Below, piece by piece: positions 49,001-62,533 of a DNA stretch of 64,000 nucleotides; the stretch's first letter is position 1, and each line of letters opens with the position of its first letter. Source of the DNA: Spizellomyces punctatus DAOM BR117 (Eukaryota); NCBI GenBank assembly GCA_000182565.2, contig KQ257450.1; one strand, 5' to 3'. The translations under genes and the position numbers were made by a program. The notes under the pieces were generated by a model, which was given only the letters and a program-made list of their open reading frames with translations, did not search any database and had not been told where the DNA came from.

Positions 49001-51182
49001 GCAAACATCTTATCTCTACGGGTGCAGATGGGTGCATCTTTGTGTGGAAGCTGTCCAAGAGGATTACCCAGCAGATGCAGAAACGCCTGGGCAAAAAGTT
49101 CGGTAGCGGCAATGGAGCGACCCGCAGCAACAGTTTTACCCAGAGCCAAGTTTCCGCTCCTGAAACAGACCAGCCTTCTTTCCAGAGCGGAGAGTTAGGA
49201 GATACCAGTTCTATTAGAAGTAGTGGGGACGCATTGCCCTCCAATGAGCCAGCTAGCCTTCCATTTCTCTTCAGTGAGTTGGGGTTGCCGGCCTGGGCCA
49301 GAACAACCCGAAATCGCGAGCTTGAAGCCGATCAGGGGCGGTTTGTTGCTCCAAAAGGTCGTTGGGCACAGGTAGGATCTTCTTTCCTGTCGTTCCTCGT
49401 TAGGTCTTTATATGAACCTACTTTTTTACAGAGAGTGGGCCAAGAAGGTGTCATGCTGTTCTCGGAACTCAGTGAAAGCGCACCCCCGGTGGCGAGAATG
49501 GATGATGTTTTTGATCGGCGCTACACATTCGAGCAAGATCGAATCCCTAATACACCGCGGAGAGAGGAAGGAGCGTCTGTTACAAAAATCACTGACGGCC
49601 TAGCAGGGCCAAGTGACCAAATCATTAGACACGGTGTAACCACCAACGACATGGTCGTCCAAGACCTTGACTCAATGGCACTTACCTCAAGTCACATCTC
49701 TGACGATGACGTTGACGAACCAACAGAGATGGATATTGAGGATGACGAGGAGTTTGACGAAGATCATATAGTATTCCTTCCATCTGAAGACAAAGAGGAC
49801 ACTCTATATATTGTAATGGCTCAGGATGCGAAAGAACAAAGCCACGATGCCTCAGAGACTGCGCCTGTAGATGAAAGTAGGAAGTCACAGACACCGGAAC
49901 AATCGCCAGATCTATCTAATACACTAGTCGAGCCCGACAAGATTTCGCGGACCCCCAAAACTGGGAAAGAGGAGGAGGACGACGAGGGTGAAGGCGGGTC
50001 TGGGAGCAAAGAATTTGGTGATATGACGTTTGAGGAATATATCGGACAGTCCGTAGCTCTCTCTGCTGGTTTAGATATTCGGCAGAGCTTGTCGGCCAAG
50101 CACTTGGCATTGCGAAATCATGAGACCACTTCTCACGCGGAGAATCAGTCCTTGAAGGCACAACCTAGCGCGGAGGAAGAAAAGGGCCCGATGCCCATAA
50201 GTACCGTTTCAGAAACGAGGACATCATCGGGCGATGAGGGTACAGAAGCAGCGTCGACTACGTCTTTGAGACAAAGGAAGGAAGCGACAGCTCAGGAGGT
50301 GGCGAAAGTTCGTCAGAAACTGGCAGCAATGGGCATTATTTGGCGAAGTGCAGAGAATCTAGCTTTGACAGAATTACCTTCAGAATCCGCTGCCGAAACA
50401 CCGGCAGTCCAGAATGCAATCGAAAATCCCGAATTAGTTCACGCTATAAGCCACGATGCGGAACGCGCCGACGATCAACAAAATCCTGCCCAAATGGAGG
50501 AAAGGCCGTATACTCCTCATGAGACCGCCCCGGAACTAGTGCGTAGTCCATATCGGTCTCGATCTATGAGCCCGATACGGTCAGCCGTCAATCGCGACGT
50601 CATAGTCAATGCCATCGCGCACCCAGTTCCAGCTCCGCATGATGAGGCACGTACCCCAGCAGGTTCACAAGAAGGTGCAAACCAAACAATGGAGGAGCAG
50701 GAGGATGAGGAGGAGAAGGAGGAGGACGAGCTTGATGGTGGAGCCGCAGTTCCAGATAATGTCGTCGAGATGACCGACCCGGCCACTGACGCGATGGATC
50801 AAATACCTAAAGGTATGTGAAAATATACGACGCCTATTCACGGCTTATTATTGTGCTAACAGATACCTATACAGCTGAAGGGGCAGACCTCGAGTCAATC
50901 TCTGTAGACGAATTGAAACTTTTCCGATCATTAGCTGATCGTTCAGCGCAAGCCCTGGTAAAGCTCGCCACTCGTAAACCCTCCTCGGACGAGGAAAGAA
51001 TCGCGAACGAAATACGATCATCTCTAAATTACGTGTATGAGGCTACGGCCACTGCCTTGGAAAAGAGTGACCCTCCGCCGGAAGCGCTCTTTAAGGATGG
51101 AAAAATGATTCACCTTTTGGAGAAGTATTCGGAGATTTTGGTCGACATGGTACAGAAGAAGCTGCAGGACGGCCAGAGTTAG
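46028..51182 (+). CDS. WDR62/MAPKBP1-like WD40 repeat protein
   Basis: [115 protein letters not shown]-terminal helix [17 protein letters not shown]. Confidence 0.92.
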
Positions 51183-51472
51183 AAGATTGGCAGTTTATTT
51201 TATCTATTTGTATTTCATGTACTGTGTAAATTGTTCATATCTCACAACCCTACCACCTGATCATCGAGGGCGTGTCTAAACATGCCGATAGCTCACGTAG
51301 GATAGCCATCCCTACCGCTGTCGTTATCCGGAAGACAGCTGAAAAGTATCGCAGAATGCGCACGTAGCGGGAGTTGAACCCACCATGAATAATCGCCTCT
51401 GTGGCACAGCACCGAACTCAAAGCACTTTCGCAGGACGACAGATGCCCATCGTCGACACCTGGAAGTAGATC

Positions 51473-52760
51473 ATGACAACCGCAGCTACGACCCCCGCCA
51501 TCTCGTTCACCCACATTGATCCCAGCGGACCCGTTCCCGCTCCAGCTATAGGATGGGAGGAGTACTTTCGTACAACTCCCCCACCTGACTTCCTCGAACC
51601 TGCGGGCAAGCGCGTAGAGGAATTTGTCGCCTTGCACGCCAAGGCTGGGAGAAGAGTTGTGCTGGTGACGGTAAGAGCCGGAAATACTACTGTCTGCCAT
51701 CTTGCTATTAGCTATTTACATAAGTGTATAGTCGGGTGGGACCACTGTTCCCCTTGAGCAAAATACCGTCCGATTCATTGACAACTTTAGTGCCGGGACC
51801 CGCGGAGCAACGTCCGCTGAATACTTTATCGAGGCCGGCTATGCTGTGATTTTTATGCACAGACAGTTCAGCTTGCAGCCATATTCCAGACATTATTCGC
51901 ATTCACGGAATTGTTTCTTGGATTACATGCAAGAAGACGGTCATGGCGGATTGATTGGTATGTGTTTGTATTGGCTTGCGGGATGTCAAAAGACTATGAT
52001 ACGGAGCGATTCCGGACTGGATTCTTGATCACAGTCGACAGGAAATATAGCGACCACATGCGGGAGGTGTTATTGAAGTATCAACGGGTATTGTCCTGCC
52101 AACACTTCATGAAAATCTTCAATCTAGAAACTGAACTCTTGGTTTGACCAGGCGAAGCGCGAACACCTTCTCATCATGGAAACATTTGTGACTGTTCAAG
52201 ACTATCTCTTTCTTCTTCGCCGCTTCACGACTGCCATGTCGATTCTCCGGGAGAATGCGATGTATTACTTGGCTGCCGCAGTCAGCGATTTCTTCATTCC
52301 GCAAAGTAAAATGGTGCGCTACCTTGCACGTTGCTTACACACTTGGCCTTGCAGTACATTAAGTGTCATATTTGTTTATTTGTCTATATAGGCTCAGCAT
52401 AAAATCCAGTCGGCCGAAGGCGCATTGGTGTTGCAGCTGGACCAAGTCCCTAAGATTATCTCCCCTCTCGTCGATACTTGGGCCGCTAAAGGGTTCATCG
52501 TTTCTTTCAAACTTGAGACGGACCCTGATCTTCTTATTCAGAAATCACGGCGCTCGTTGGAGCGGTACAAACACCAACTTGTCATTGGTAACATATTAAC
52601 TACGAGGAAGAAGGTGGTCACCTTCGTGACCACAAAAGAAGAAACAAAGCTGGAATTAACGGACGAGGAGCTGAGAAATGGAGTGGAGATTGAGGAGAGG
52701 ATAATACCAGAGCTTATTAGGAGGCACGACAAATGGATCATACAGACGAAATCCCAATAG
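51473..52760 (+). CDS. CAB2: Phosphopantothenate--cysteine ligase (PPCS/Cab2)
   Basis: [87 protein letters not shown]. Confidence 0.95.
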
Positions 52761-52792
52761 ATTGTAGACTTAATGGGTCCATCATTATGTCT

Positions 52793-53516
52793 TTATTCAT
52801 CCCGCGTTAAAAGAACAAACAGTGCCAGGACCACCAGCAGGACAACCTTCAATTGTGGGTAATCATTCAGTAGTATCGTCACCATTCCTACATATGGCAA
52901 AAACCTACACCATGGCCAGTGCGAGATAGGATAAGTGCATTGCGCAAGTCACCCAAGTCAGATGACAGATCACATACCCTTTGACCCTCCCCACAACGTC
53001 TTCTTTTTTAATCCACATCTGTCCCGGATTGTATAGTCCTCTGTCATCCACTTGATTGTTATCGCCTTTTGTTAAAAGATACTGAGTATTGTTCTTCGTG
53101 GTATGCAACTCGATCACACGATGCACAATGGGAACGGCTTTCCCACGAAGTTTGAAGACGCATATATCGCCTATTGTTATTGGGGCGCTCGGTTGTGTAA
53201 GAAAAAGAAGGTCGCCACGGGCAAACGCCGGTTCCATGCTTTCACTAACACACAAGGATTGTCAGTAGCAAGAGAGCATACTGCATACGATAACAAATGT
53301 CGTACCTAAGGACCACGACAATAGGGGATTCGCTATTGGTCACAACCGATAGTCCCTTCCAGATCATTAACGCTGAAGATACAATCAGGCACACATTCAG
53401 CGCTTGCTGGGCGAGCTACAGCCTAGGTTTAGTTCAACTTGCTGAATCTTTTCATATTCCTAAATGCAACAAACCTGCCGAAAGGACATTCGCGTTAGGC
53501 TTTTCAAGGCGTCCAT
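52793..53516 (-). CDS. SEC11: Signal peptidase complex catalytic subunit Sec11
   Basis: [75 protein letters not shown]. Confidence 0.96.
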
Positions 53517-54150
53517 GTTGGGCTACAAAGGCCGAGCGACAGAGGCAATGGGCCGCATCTACGACACTAGCATATCGACACTTGGACGGGGGACTGAGGG
53601 CCGTGACTGTGCTGACAATCACATTGTGGTTGGCATATCAACAGTACATAACCAGCCAAATGCATTCCAATGAATGATTCATCATATCCCGTCGTTCCCC
53701 ATTGTCTTCCACTTCTTGGTAAAGCAACCATTTCCCCCTCCCCGCGGAACGTCCTCCAAGCGCTGACACCAGACAAAAGTCCACAGCTTCCGGTTGAAGG
53801 TTTCGTCAGCTGTAGATAACTGAAGCTGAGAGGGACAAGGACACGTTCATTGTTGGATTCTCCACCTTGGGCTTGTCTCTGTGTCTTAAGTGATCTTCAG
53901 AAAAAAACCGCAGCCTGCACGCACCCGACGGCGTTTTCGTGCACAGTTCCACATTATATTCTCGTATAAAGCTGCCCATCTTCTCACAACTTGGAGCGAA
54001 TAGCGAGAAGTGCCTTTTGCGCTCCAGCAAACATTCAGTCTTTCACCGCCTACAGGCCTAGCAGAGAACGCGGTGCTGTCTACGAAGCAGGATACCTATC
54101 CGGGAGAGCACACTGGACGCTTTCCCGTCGGTGTTTCGAAGCATACAGTA

Positions 54151-57100
54151 ATGAGTAACCCAGGGGATCACCACTGGGGACAGCAACACGCGACAGCAGC
54201 GTTGCCGATGCCACCTACAGGCCCGCCCCAACCGCCGCAAGTACTACCGCCGCAGCAGTCACAGCAACAACCGCTATCGGCTAGCCAGCTTCCACCAACT
54301 TTACCGCCGATTCAACAGGCGGATTTGGGACCACAGGCTGGTCAGATGTCTGCTCCGCATTATCCATATGGAGGGTAAGCCTTTAGTGTATCTCGCGCTT
54401 GCAATGATCTGAACGGTTAGTAACCAGATAGTTTATTTTTTTAGACCCGCTCTTTCCTCTAGTCAGGTACCACCAATGCCTTATAATCACGGGGCACCTC
54501 CACTTCCTGCCGTTGAGTCGTTGTCCCAGGCGCACCATGTGCGACCAAGTCATCACTCCACTCCGCAGGATGTAGTCGTCACTCAGTCAGCCGGTCCACC
54601 GCCGGCACCTGCACCGCCAATGCAGATGACGTCTGTGTCCGGACACACGCTGCCGGCGGACTTGACATCAGCCGAGTCTCATGTACTGGGTGCTTCTCAG
54701 TCGTACCGTCCTTTGAATGTAAAGGATGCTCTATCGTATCTCGACCAGGTTAAAATTCGCTTCAGCGATCAACCGGAGGTTTATAATCGATTTCTAGATA
54801 TCATGAAGGACTTCAAATCTCAAAGGTTAGTTTCGTTTCAACCCTGCAAACCACACGGCCGCGTCCACAGTGCCGACTCGGTGCGATGGATCTGCCTCAC
54901 CGAAAGCGAATCCCTAACTCTTCCCGTCACTCCCAGCTTGGATACGCCAGGTGTCATTGATCGTGTCTCTACCCTCTTTCGTGAGCATCCAGAGCTTATC
55001 AGCGGTTTCAACACATTCTTGCCGCCTGGATACAAGATAGAGCCGGGCCCTAATGGAGACGTGAAAGTGACCACTCCTCGAGATGCGCCACCTTATCATA
55101 GTTCTTCTGCTGGTGGTTTGCAGTCGCTCGGTGACAGTGCAACGTCCGTTTCGAATGGGACAGCTAGCACCAGTAACACTAGTCAACTACCTAGTTACTT
55201 TGGATCGTCTACGGGAAGTTATGGCAGCAGTGCCATGGCCAATCTCCCCATTTCCCAATTAGCTCAACATGCGGCATCTCCGTCTGTTGCTGCTCAGGGC
55301 TACAACGCTGCCATCGCGAGCGCATCGAATATTATTAGTTCGATGCAATCTCATGGTGCTTCCGCTCTGCAGCAGTCGTCATCCAAAGGCGGCGAGCAAG
55401 GGGCCAACCGCCGTGCTCCTGTGGAGTTCAATCATGCAATTAACTACGTCAATAAGATTAAGGTACGGGTAGTACTGCCTCCGTGTGCTGATTTATATTG
55501 ACTCTCGCTTTTGCAGAATCGCTTTTCTACGGAACCTGAAACATACAAACAGTTTTTGGAGATCCTGCAAACATATCAAAAGGAACAAAAGCCAATTCAA
55601 GAGGTACATGCATTTGTGATATTAAGCGGTTCACGCTGATTACTCTTCTATGATGGGAAAAACTTGTTCTCACATATTTACTACTTTGATTAAGGTCTAT
55701 GCTCAAGTGCAAGTGTTGTTCAAAGGTGCTCCGGATCTGCTAGACGAATTCAAGCAGTTTCTTCCCGACAATAGCAATAATCAAGGTCAAAACGGTCTGG
55801 CGGCGTTTGGTCGTAGTGGTGGCATGCCTGTTTTGAGCACAATGCCGAACGGGATGGCAGTTACGCAAGTTCAATCGTCAAGCTCTCAGCGCCTACAGTC
55901 CCAACCTGCAGCGGCGGGAGCTAAACAGAAGCAACACAAACGCCCAGCTCCGTCTACGACACCAACGGGCGGTGGTTCCTTGTCCAGCAATGCAGCCACG
56001 ATCCCTTCGGGTCAGATACCTGTTCCTCCACCAAAGAAAAAAGCTAAAATGGCTCGGTCAGAAAAACCAGGCACACTGGAAGAGCTGGAGTTCTTTGATA
56101 AATGCAAAAAAGTCATCAACAACAAAACGACGTACAATGAATTTCTGAAGATCCTAAACCTATTCAGTCAGGAAATTATTGAGGCCAAAGTTCTTGTTGA
56201 ACGGGTTGAACCTTTCCTTTCCAAAGCTCCAGATCTCTTTGAATGGTTTAAGAGATTTGTGAAGTATGAAGACGATGAAGTCATTTGTAAGTGGCTTCAT
56301 TCGGAGATATTAACAGGCACGTATGAGCTGGACGGATATCTTATTGTCTGTCGTAGATAATATTCCTGCGGAGCGCCCAGAGATCAATGTGAATAGCTTG
56401 CGCCGTCTTGGACACAGTTACAGGCAACTTCCGTCTGAGGTATTGATTTTATAACTCCTCGCTCTTCCTTAACCTTGCATACTCATGTAACCGGGCATTC
56501 TAGATTCCCCGACCAAAATGCTCTGGTCGTGACGCCCTCTGCAAAGAGGTACTTAACGACGAGTGGATTTCCCATCCTGTCTATGTGTCGGAAACTGGTT
56601 TTGTGAGTCACAAAAAGACACAATTCGAGGAAGCACTCCACAAGTGCGAAGAAGAGCGATATGAATTTGACATGAACATTGAGTCGAATCTGCACACAAT
56701 TGCGCTATTGGAACCCATTGCCAAGAAAATCCAGAACATGAGCGCCGAGGAGAGGAACCGACTGAGGTATCCTGAGGGACTTGGAGGTACGTCCTTGTTG
56801 TTTTCAATCAGTCAGGTAGGCCTTCGCTAAATATGTGCGTTTTTCTCTTGAAGGGACTTCCAAAACTATATACCAAAGAGTCATAAAAAAGATATATGAT
56901 AAAGAACGTGGAGCCGAGATCATTGAGGCGCTTCACAACAATCCAGCTGTCGCGGTGCCCGTTGTGTTGAAGCGCTTGAAACAAAAGGACGAAGAATGGA
57001 AACGGGCTCAGGTAACACAGCGTGATATCTGCAGGTTGATGCGATACCGGTGCTCATCAGCGTTATTGGCCACAAATAGCGTGAATGGAACAAAGTCTGG

Positions 57101-59111
57101 CGTGAGATTGATTCTAAAAACTATTATAAAGCTTTGGATCATCAAGGCATTCACTTCAAAGCTGCTGACAAAAAGAACATGTCCCACAAATCGCTCATTT
57201 CGGAAGTGGAAATGCTCGCTCGGGAGCAGCGCGAGAAAAGATCGACTCTGCCCAGCAGATACCAATTCGATTTCACATTCAAAGACCGGAAAATTTTCCA
57301 TGACATTCGTCGGCTCCTGCGCTTACAGACCGAGGTCGGATTATCGCTGAACGATTCAGAGGCACGCAAGATGAAAAACTTTTTGCGAGTATTCGTCGAC
57401 AGATTCTTTGACGTCGGTCATTCCCCTGTGGAACAAGAGGTTGACAGCGAGGACGAGGAAGAAGATGTGGATATGGATACGGAGGACGACTCGCCTCTTG
57501 GGAGCAATTCGCGAAGCAAGCAGCGGTCCAGCAGCTTGCGTCGAAATGTCCTTACACGCAAGTCCAACGGCCGTGATACAGGTGAGGACACCGATGAAGA
57601 TGGCGATATCGAGTCAGTAGGCAGCGAAGGAGGACGTGGTCAGGAGGACACTCCTGGGGCAAGTGGAGATGAGGGCGCAGATATGATGGATATGGATGGA
57701 GTCAACGTGGCAAAAGACCGCGATGACGGTTTCAGTGAAGCGAAGAGAGCCACGTACGTGTTTTACTCGAATAACGCTTTCTACGTGTTTGTGCGGTTGT
57801 ATCAGGTAAGACAGGCAATCGAGAAACTTGGCGCTCGACGGGTAACGATACTCACATGAACACTTGTACCAGACGTTGTACTCCAGGCTAGTGAGAATGA
57901 AAGAATTGTCTCAGGAACTCTCTCAGAACCCGCCAAAAGCCGATCGGAAAAGTCCGGTTGCCACGGAATTGGGCTTGCAGAAGGAAGCAAGTGAGTTCTT
58001 GCATCCGACAAACCTTATCTGCACATCTTCTCATATATAGCCCTTTCTCTATACAGTTGCAGCCTATGCGAACCTCGATCGTTATACTGAGCTCCTTCAG
58101 TCATGTTTCCATTTCCTTCAAAGCGATTTAGAGGCATCCGAGTTTGAGGACAAGGCGCGGAACATGTTTGGAACATCTGCTTATTTGATTTTCACTGTTG
58201 ATAAGCTCTGTCAAGCCATTACCAAGCAGGTTCGTCTCCACATGGGTTAATGGTGACTTCAGCGCGATATAAATCATGAAACGAAAATTACTCCCGTAGA
58301 TGCTTGCCATTGTGTCGGATCAGAAAAATATGGAACTTGTCAGCCTCTACTACAAGGATAGATCCAAAGTTGGTACCAGCGCGCGTCAGGAAGCAATGTA
58401 CAGAATCAACTCGGAGTCCTTGATTCAGGACGACAACATTTATCGAATGGAATATGTGAGTCGTCTTTCAACTTGCCAAAGAGTCAAAATTTTAATGCCT
58501 AAAACGTGTTCCTCTTGCAGTTCATTGGTGAAAAGGTCCTAACCATTCAGCTCCTCGGAAAGGACGATCATATTTCAGACGACTCGATCAGCCATGAAGA
58601 CAAATGGTCACTCTACGTAGACCACTTTGTCCAACTTCACTCCACGGAGGGTCTCCGATCTAATCGTCGTGAACCTTTCCTTAAACGTAACCTCCCTACC
58701 CAAGTTCCTGATACCCCACCCACAAATATCGAAACCCGCTCCGGACTTGAAATGAAAATCTGCGTGAATACGTACAAGGTCTTTTTTGTAGACCATACCG
58801 AGGATTATTTCTCAAGGAGACGCTCAGGTGGAGCAGAGATTTCAAGGACGGAAGCCGATGGCCAACGAAAAAGATTTCAAAAGTTCCGATCATGGCTTGA
58901 CGGTCCTTTGGGATGGAAACGTGGCCTGAACGCAGAGGACATTAAAGGGGCGGAAAAGGACTTTACAGATTGGCTCACTGGGAGCGGTGAAAAGATGTTG
59001 ACGAGTCAAAAGGTTGCTGGTGACAACCACGACTTTTCGCTCTGGGACGGCGTACCTAGAAGTGAAACAGGAATGATGGAAGGGATTATGAAAGAGGGAG
59101 AGATTGTATGA
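54151..59111 (+). CDS. SIN3: Sin3 transcriptional co-repressor (PAH1-3, HDAC-interacting and C-terminal domains)
   Basis: [112 protein letters not shown]. Confidence 0.97.
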
Positions 59112-59521
59112 GATCAGTCTTTTAAAAACATCAAGTGCTCGATTTTGGATGTGCGATGATTCTCTAGCTCTCATTCTTTGGCCTATTGAACATGGCAAGA
59201 ATGATGTGTCCCTATGAGACAACTCTACGCCATATATTTTGGGTATATAGACGGTCCATCGGTGGTGTTTGAAAAGGGGGAGTATGCTGCCCAATTTCGA
59301 TTTGGGGAGGTAAAATGGGGTATGCAAAATTGGGTACCTTTTGTTACGACTCTGTCGTTTCTCTAGTCCCTTCAGTATTTTGCTTGTTTTAGGAGAAAAT
59401 TGTACGAAGAGTTTTTCTTTATAATGTTTATGTCGTTGATGAATGCCTGCGTTGAGTACTACAGTTTACAATTTGCGAGAAGAGCAAGGCTTGCATAGGC
59501 GAGTGAATACCACAAAGAAGG

Positions 59522-59529
59522 AAAAAAAA
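59522..59529 (-). terminator. Pol III oligo-T terminator of the tRNA gene
   Basis: T8 on the minus strand about 15 nt downstream of the tRNA 3' end. Confidence 0.7.
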
Positions 59530-59544
59530 CCAGCCAGAAAGATA

Positions 59545-59617
59545 AGCCCGATGCGGGGGTCGAACCCGCAACCTTGAGGTTAAGAGCCTCACGCTCTGCC
59601 GATTGAGCTAACCGGGC
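59545..59617 (-). tRNA. tRNA-Lys(CTT), intronless
   Basis: GCCCGGTTAGCTCAATCGGCAGAGCGTGAGGCTCTTAACCTCAAGGTTGCGGGTTCGACCCCCGCATCGGGCT folds as a cloverleaf; anticodon arm TGAGG-CT-CTT-AA-CCTCA; A and B boxes present. Confidence 0.97.
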
Positions 59618-59851
59618 ATATAGCCACATGGACAATGACAGGCCCTACCTGGCATTATAAACAAAGCAAAAATGCGAACAACGACTCCACCAGCGATGAA
59701 GAATTACACATACCACATCTGGTGTTTTCCACATTATAGTATTAGATAAGTTCTGTCAGTAAGACAGGCACGCCAGATAACAAATCAATAGTTTACAAGA
59801 GCACTACCCTATCCCGACATATCAACGCAGTCACAGTATAAATATCCAATC

Positions 59852-61537
59852 TCAAGCCTTCACACCATTGACCCCATTCACACTGTGGACACCATTCACA
59901 CCATTTGTACCATTGACGCCATTGAGAACGCTTCGGACGGGACCCTTGGCGGCGACCCTCTCGTAAGTTCTCCTAAACTTTTCGTCGACCCGCTTGAGGT
60001 AATAGGTACCAGGGAAAAAGTTGCGCTCGTCTACAGGTGAGACTGGGTCGTAGTCCTTGACATTATGTGTTTGTTCGCGAAGGTTCATGATTGCGTCGAA
60101 TTCTGCTGGTGGGATTTCAGTGCGGTCGGCGAGGCGGGATGACAAGTTGAGGATTTTGGCGATTGGAGATGTGTCGCCTCGAACGGTGAGGGAGAACATG
60201 GATGCTGCCAAACCAGAGCCGTAGGAGAAGAGTGTGATGCGCTTGTTTTGCTGAAAAGAACAACAGTGTCTGAGTTGGAAACCTATGGAACGAGAGCCAG
60301 ATGTGCATACTTACCAGTTGACTCGATGGGGTCTCGGAAAGGAGGGAGGCCAGACCGCAGTAAACAGATGCGCAGTAACTGTTACCAAGGTTCTTTGCCA
60401 CCAACAGAGACGGTAGGGTCTTTGTCTTGAAGGCATCTTTTGTGTATTCCATAAATGCCTTCTCTACCTCTCGGTTGGTATAAGTATTTTCACGCTTCAA
60501 GTCCTTGAACTGAGCAAAAGCAGCGAAACGTTCGTCATCGGGATTCCGCAAAAAGTCGTTGAACCCAAGACGACCAACAGATTTTGCCACCAATTTTGCA
60601 TAAGGACAGTGGAAGACAAAGTAGTCAACGCTGTCCATTGTCGGATTCTCGACGCCTTCTTGTCGCGACAGTTTGTCAAGGTAGCGGTTGTATGTCACGT
60701 CGACAGCTTTGATGTAGCAGGAGTTGCTGAGAGGACCATCCACCTCGGGGTATTCAGAGTGCAGGTCTGGCTTGTAAAAGTCGTAGACATGCTCCATGTG
60801 AGTGGCACGGACGCCAGCATCAAACACAAGTGGTGCGTCGGCACCGATCAGTAGGGCAACGGCACCAGCTCCGCCGGTAGGTCGTGCCGCTCCGCTCTTA
60901 TATACAGCAATGTCTGCAGCAACAACCAGAGCATAGCGTCCGTCCCATGCGGATGACTCGATCCAGTTGACAGAGTTGAAGACAGCATTTGTACCTCCGT
61001 AACAGGCATTTGTCGTGTCAATGCCTTCAATGTCCGTATTACCAGAATCGGCAAAGAGCTGCATAAGAACCGATTTAACGGACTTTGACTTGTCAATGAT
61101 CGTCTCTGTACCGACTTCGAGGCGACCAATGTCATTGTATGCAATTCCGTACTTTTCCAAGAGCGACTTTACGACTGCAGATGGTACAAATTGGTCAGCA
61201 ATATGAGGGTTGAGTGAAAGGATAAAGTCAGCCGTACCCGTTAAGCATATCGAGTTGATATCCTCCCGGTCGTCGCAAATTCCCATCTTTGATTGGCCGA
61301 GACCGATAGTGTACTTTCCTTGCGAAACACCATCGTGCTTTTCCAACTCTACTTGGTCTACGTACTGTGGGAAAGGATGGTCAGCCCGAATAGTCTGCAC
61401 AAGACTGGTTCACCAGAGTCTTGTCCCAATTCTACCATTCCCCACCATTCGCCAATGCGTACCTTTCTTGGAAAATAAATGTCTACAGCGTGAATTCCCA
61501 CATTCTGGGCTCTTGTCGGCGGCATTCCACTTAGCAT
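59852..61537 (-). CDS. ERG13: Hydroxymethylglutaryl-CoA synthase
   Basis: NVGIHAVDIYFP, GKYTIGLGQ, IGRLEVGTETIIDKSKSVKSVLM, EGIDTTNACYGGT, ARPTGGAGA, YDFYKPDL.SEYP.VDG, FHCPY.KLV, LFSYGSGLAASMF; low-complexity NGVNG tail. Confidence 0.97.
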
Positions 61538-62533
61538 GTTGTAAAAGTAGTGTATAGAGTTGGACAGTATTGGAGCGAGGTGCGGAATGCGTCTATAGGT
61601 TAAGTGTGGTACCGAGGGTCTAGTTGAAATATGCGTGCGTGACTTTATATGGACGTTGGCTGCAAGTAAAAAGGGGGGAGGGGATACAACGAGGGGCTAG
61701 GCTTTATGGAGGCAAGAGTTCCGTTCTCCCGCAACCTGTGCATACGTTCCAAAAAGTGTTGTTTTTGCAAAGGGTTTGTGAACGCACGATGCAAGTCGAT
61801 CGAATCCTTTTTTGGATTATCTCCGTTAAGGCACTGCTTATCCCACAATGGCGCAAACGACAAGGTGGCGAGGAAAGGAGACGGAATCCCCTCGGTGGTT
61901 CTTGTCCCAAAAACAACGTTCGTCCAGCAGCAAGGCCAGCAAAAGCTCAAAAAAAAGTGGGATGATCGTCGTCGTCGTTCCATTTCATCGATGACTCATT
62001 CGCGTCTCGCCCTTCAACTCAGTCCCGCGGGCCCTTTTTGACATCTCCTTCTGCTGCTACTAGCTGCTATTGCTAATGCTATCGCATTGTGTGTTGCTCG
62101 TAAATATGCATGTTTATTCATAACTTTTGCAAAGCACATCTTCCAAAGCAATAATAAATGCATCTTTAACGATGCGATGCGTTTGTCAAAACGACATGAG
62201 ACCATGTCCAAATCGGGTTAAATGACGCATTAGCTCACGCAACACGCGTTCGAACAGCGACGTTCATCGCGCGGTTGTCCTTCTGGCGTCGAATGAGCTC
62301 TCCTGGACGGCTCGTTTGGATGGAACTGTTTTTTTTTCTTTCTTGTCGGGCTTTCAGTGTGTAAAGAGTGCTCAAGATTTGGGATACAAATCGAGTCACT
62401 GTTACAAGCTGGTTTTTAGGAGCATTTTAAATAGCGACCGTTCAATCCGCTTCGTTGTAGAGTTGTTTGTTTTCTTTGTCCCGCTCCCTTTTCAATCCAA
62501 TTCCCCCCCATTGTGGAAAACGACGACGACAAG

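Noticed and set aside
59860-59930. Repeated NGVNG-coding units at the end of ERG13
   Set aside because: Low-complexity tail of a kind common in fungal enzymes; not an array or mobile element.
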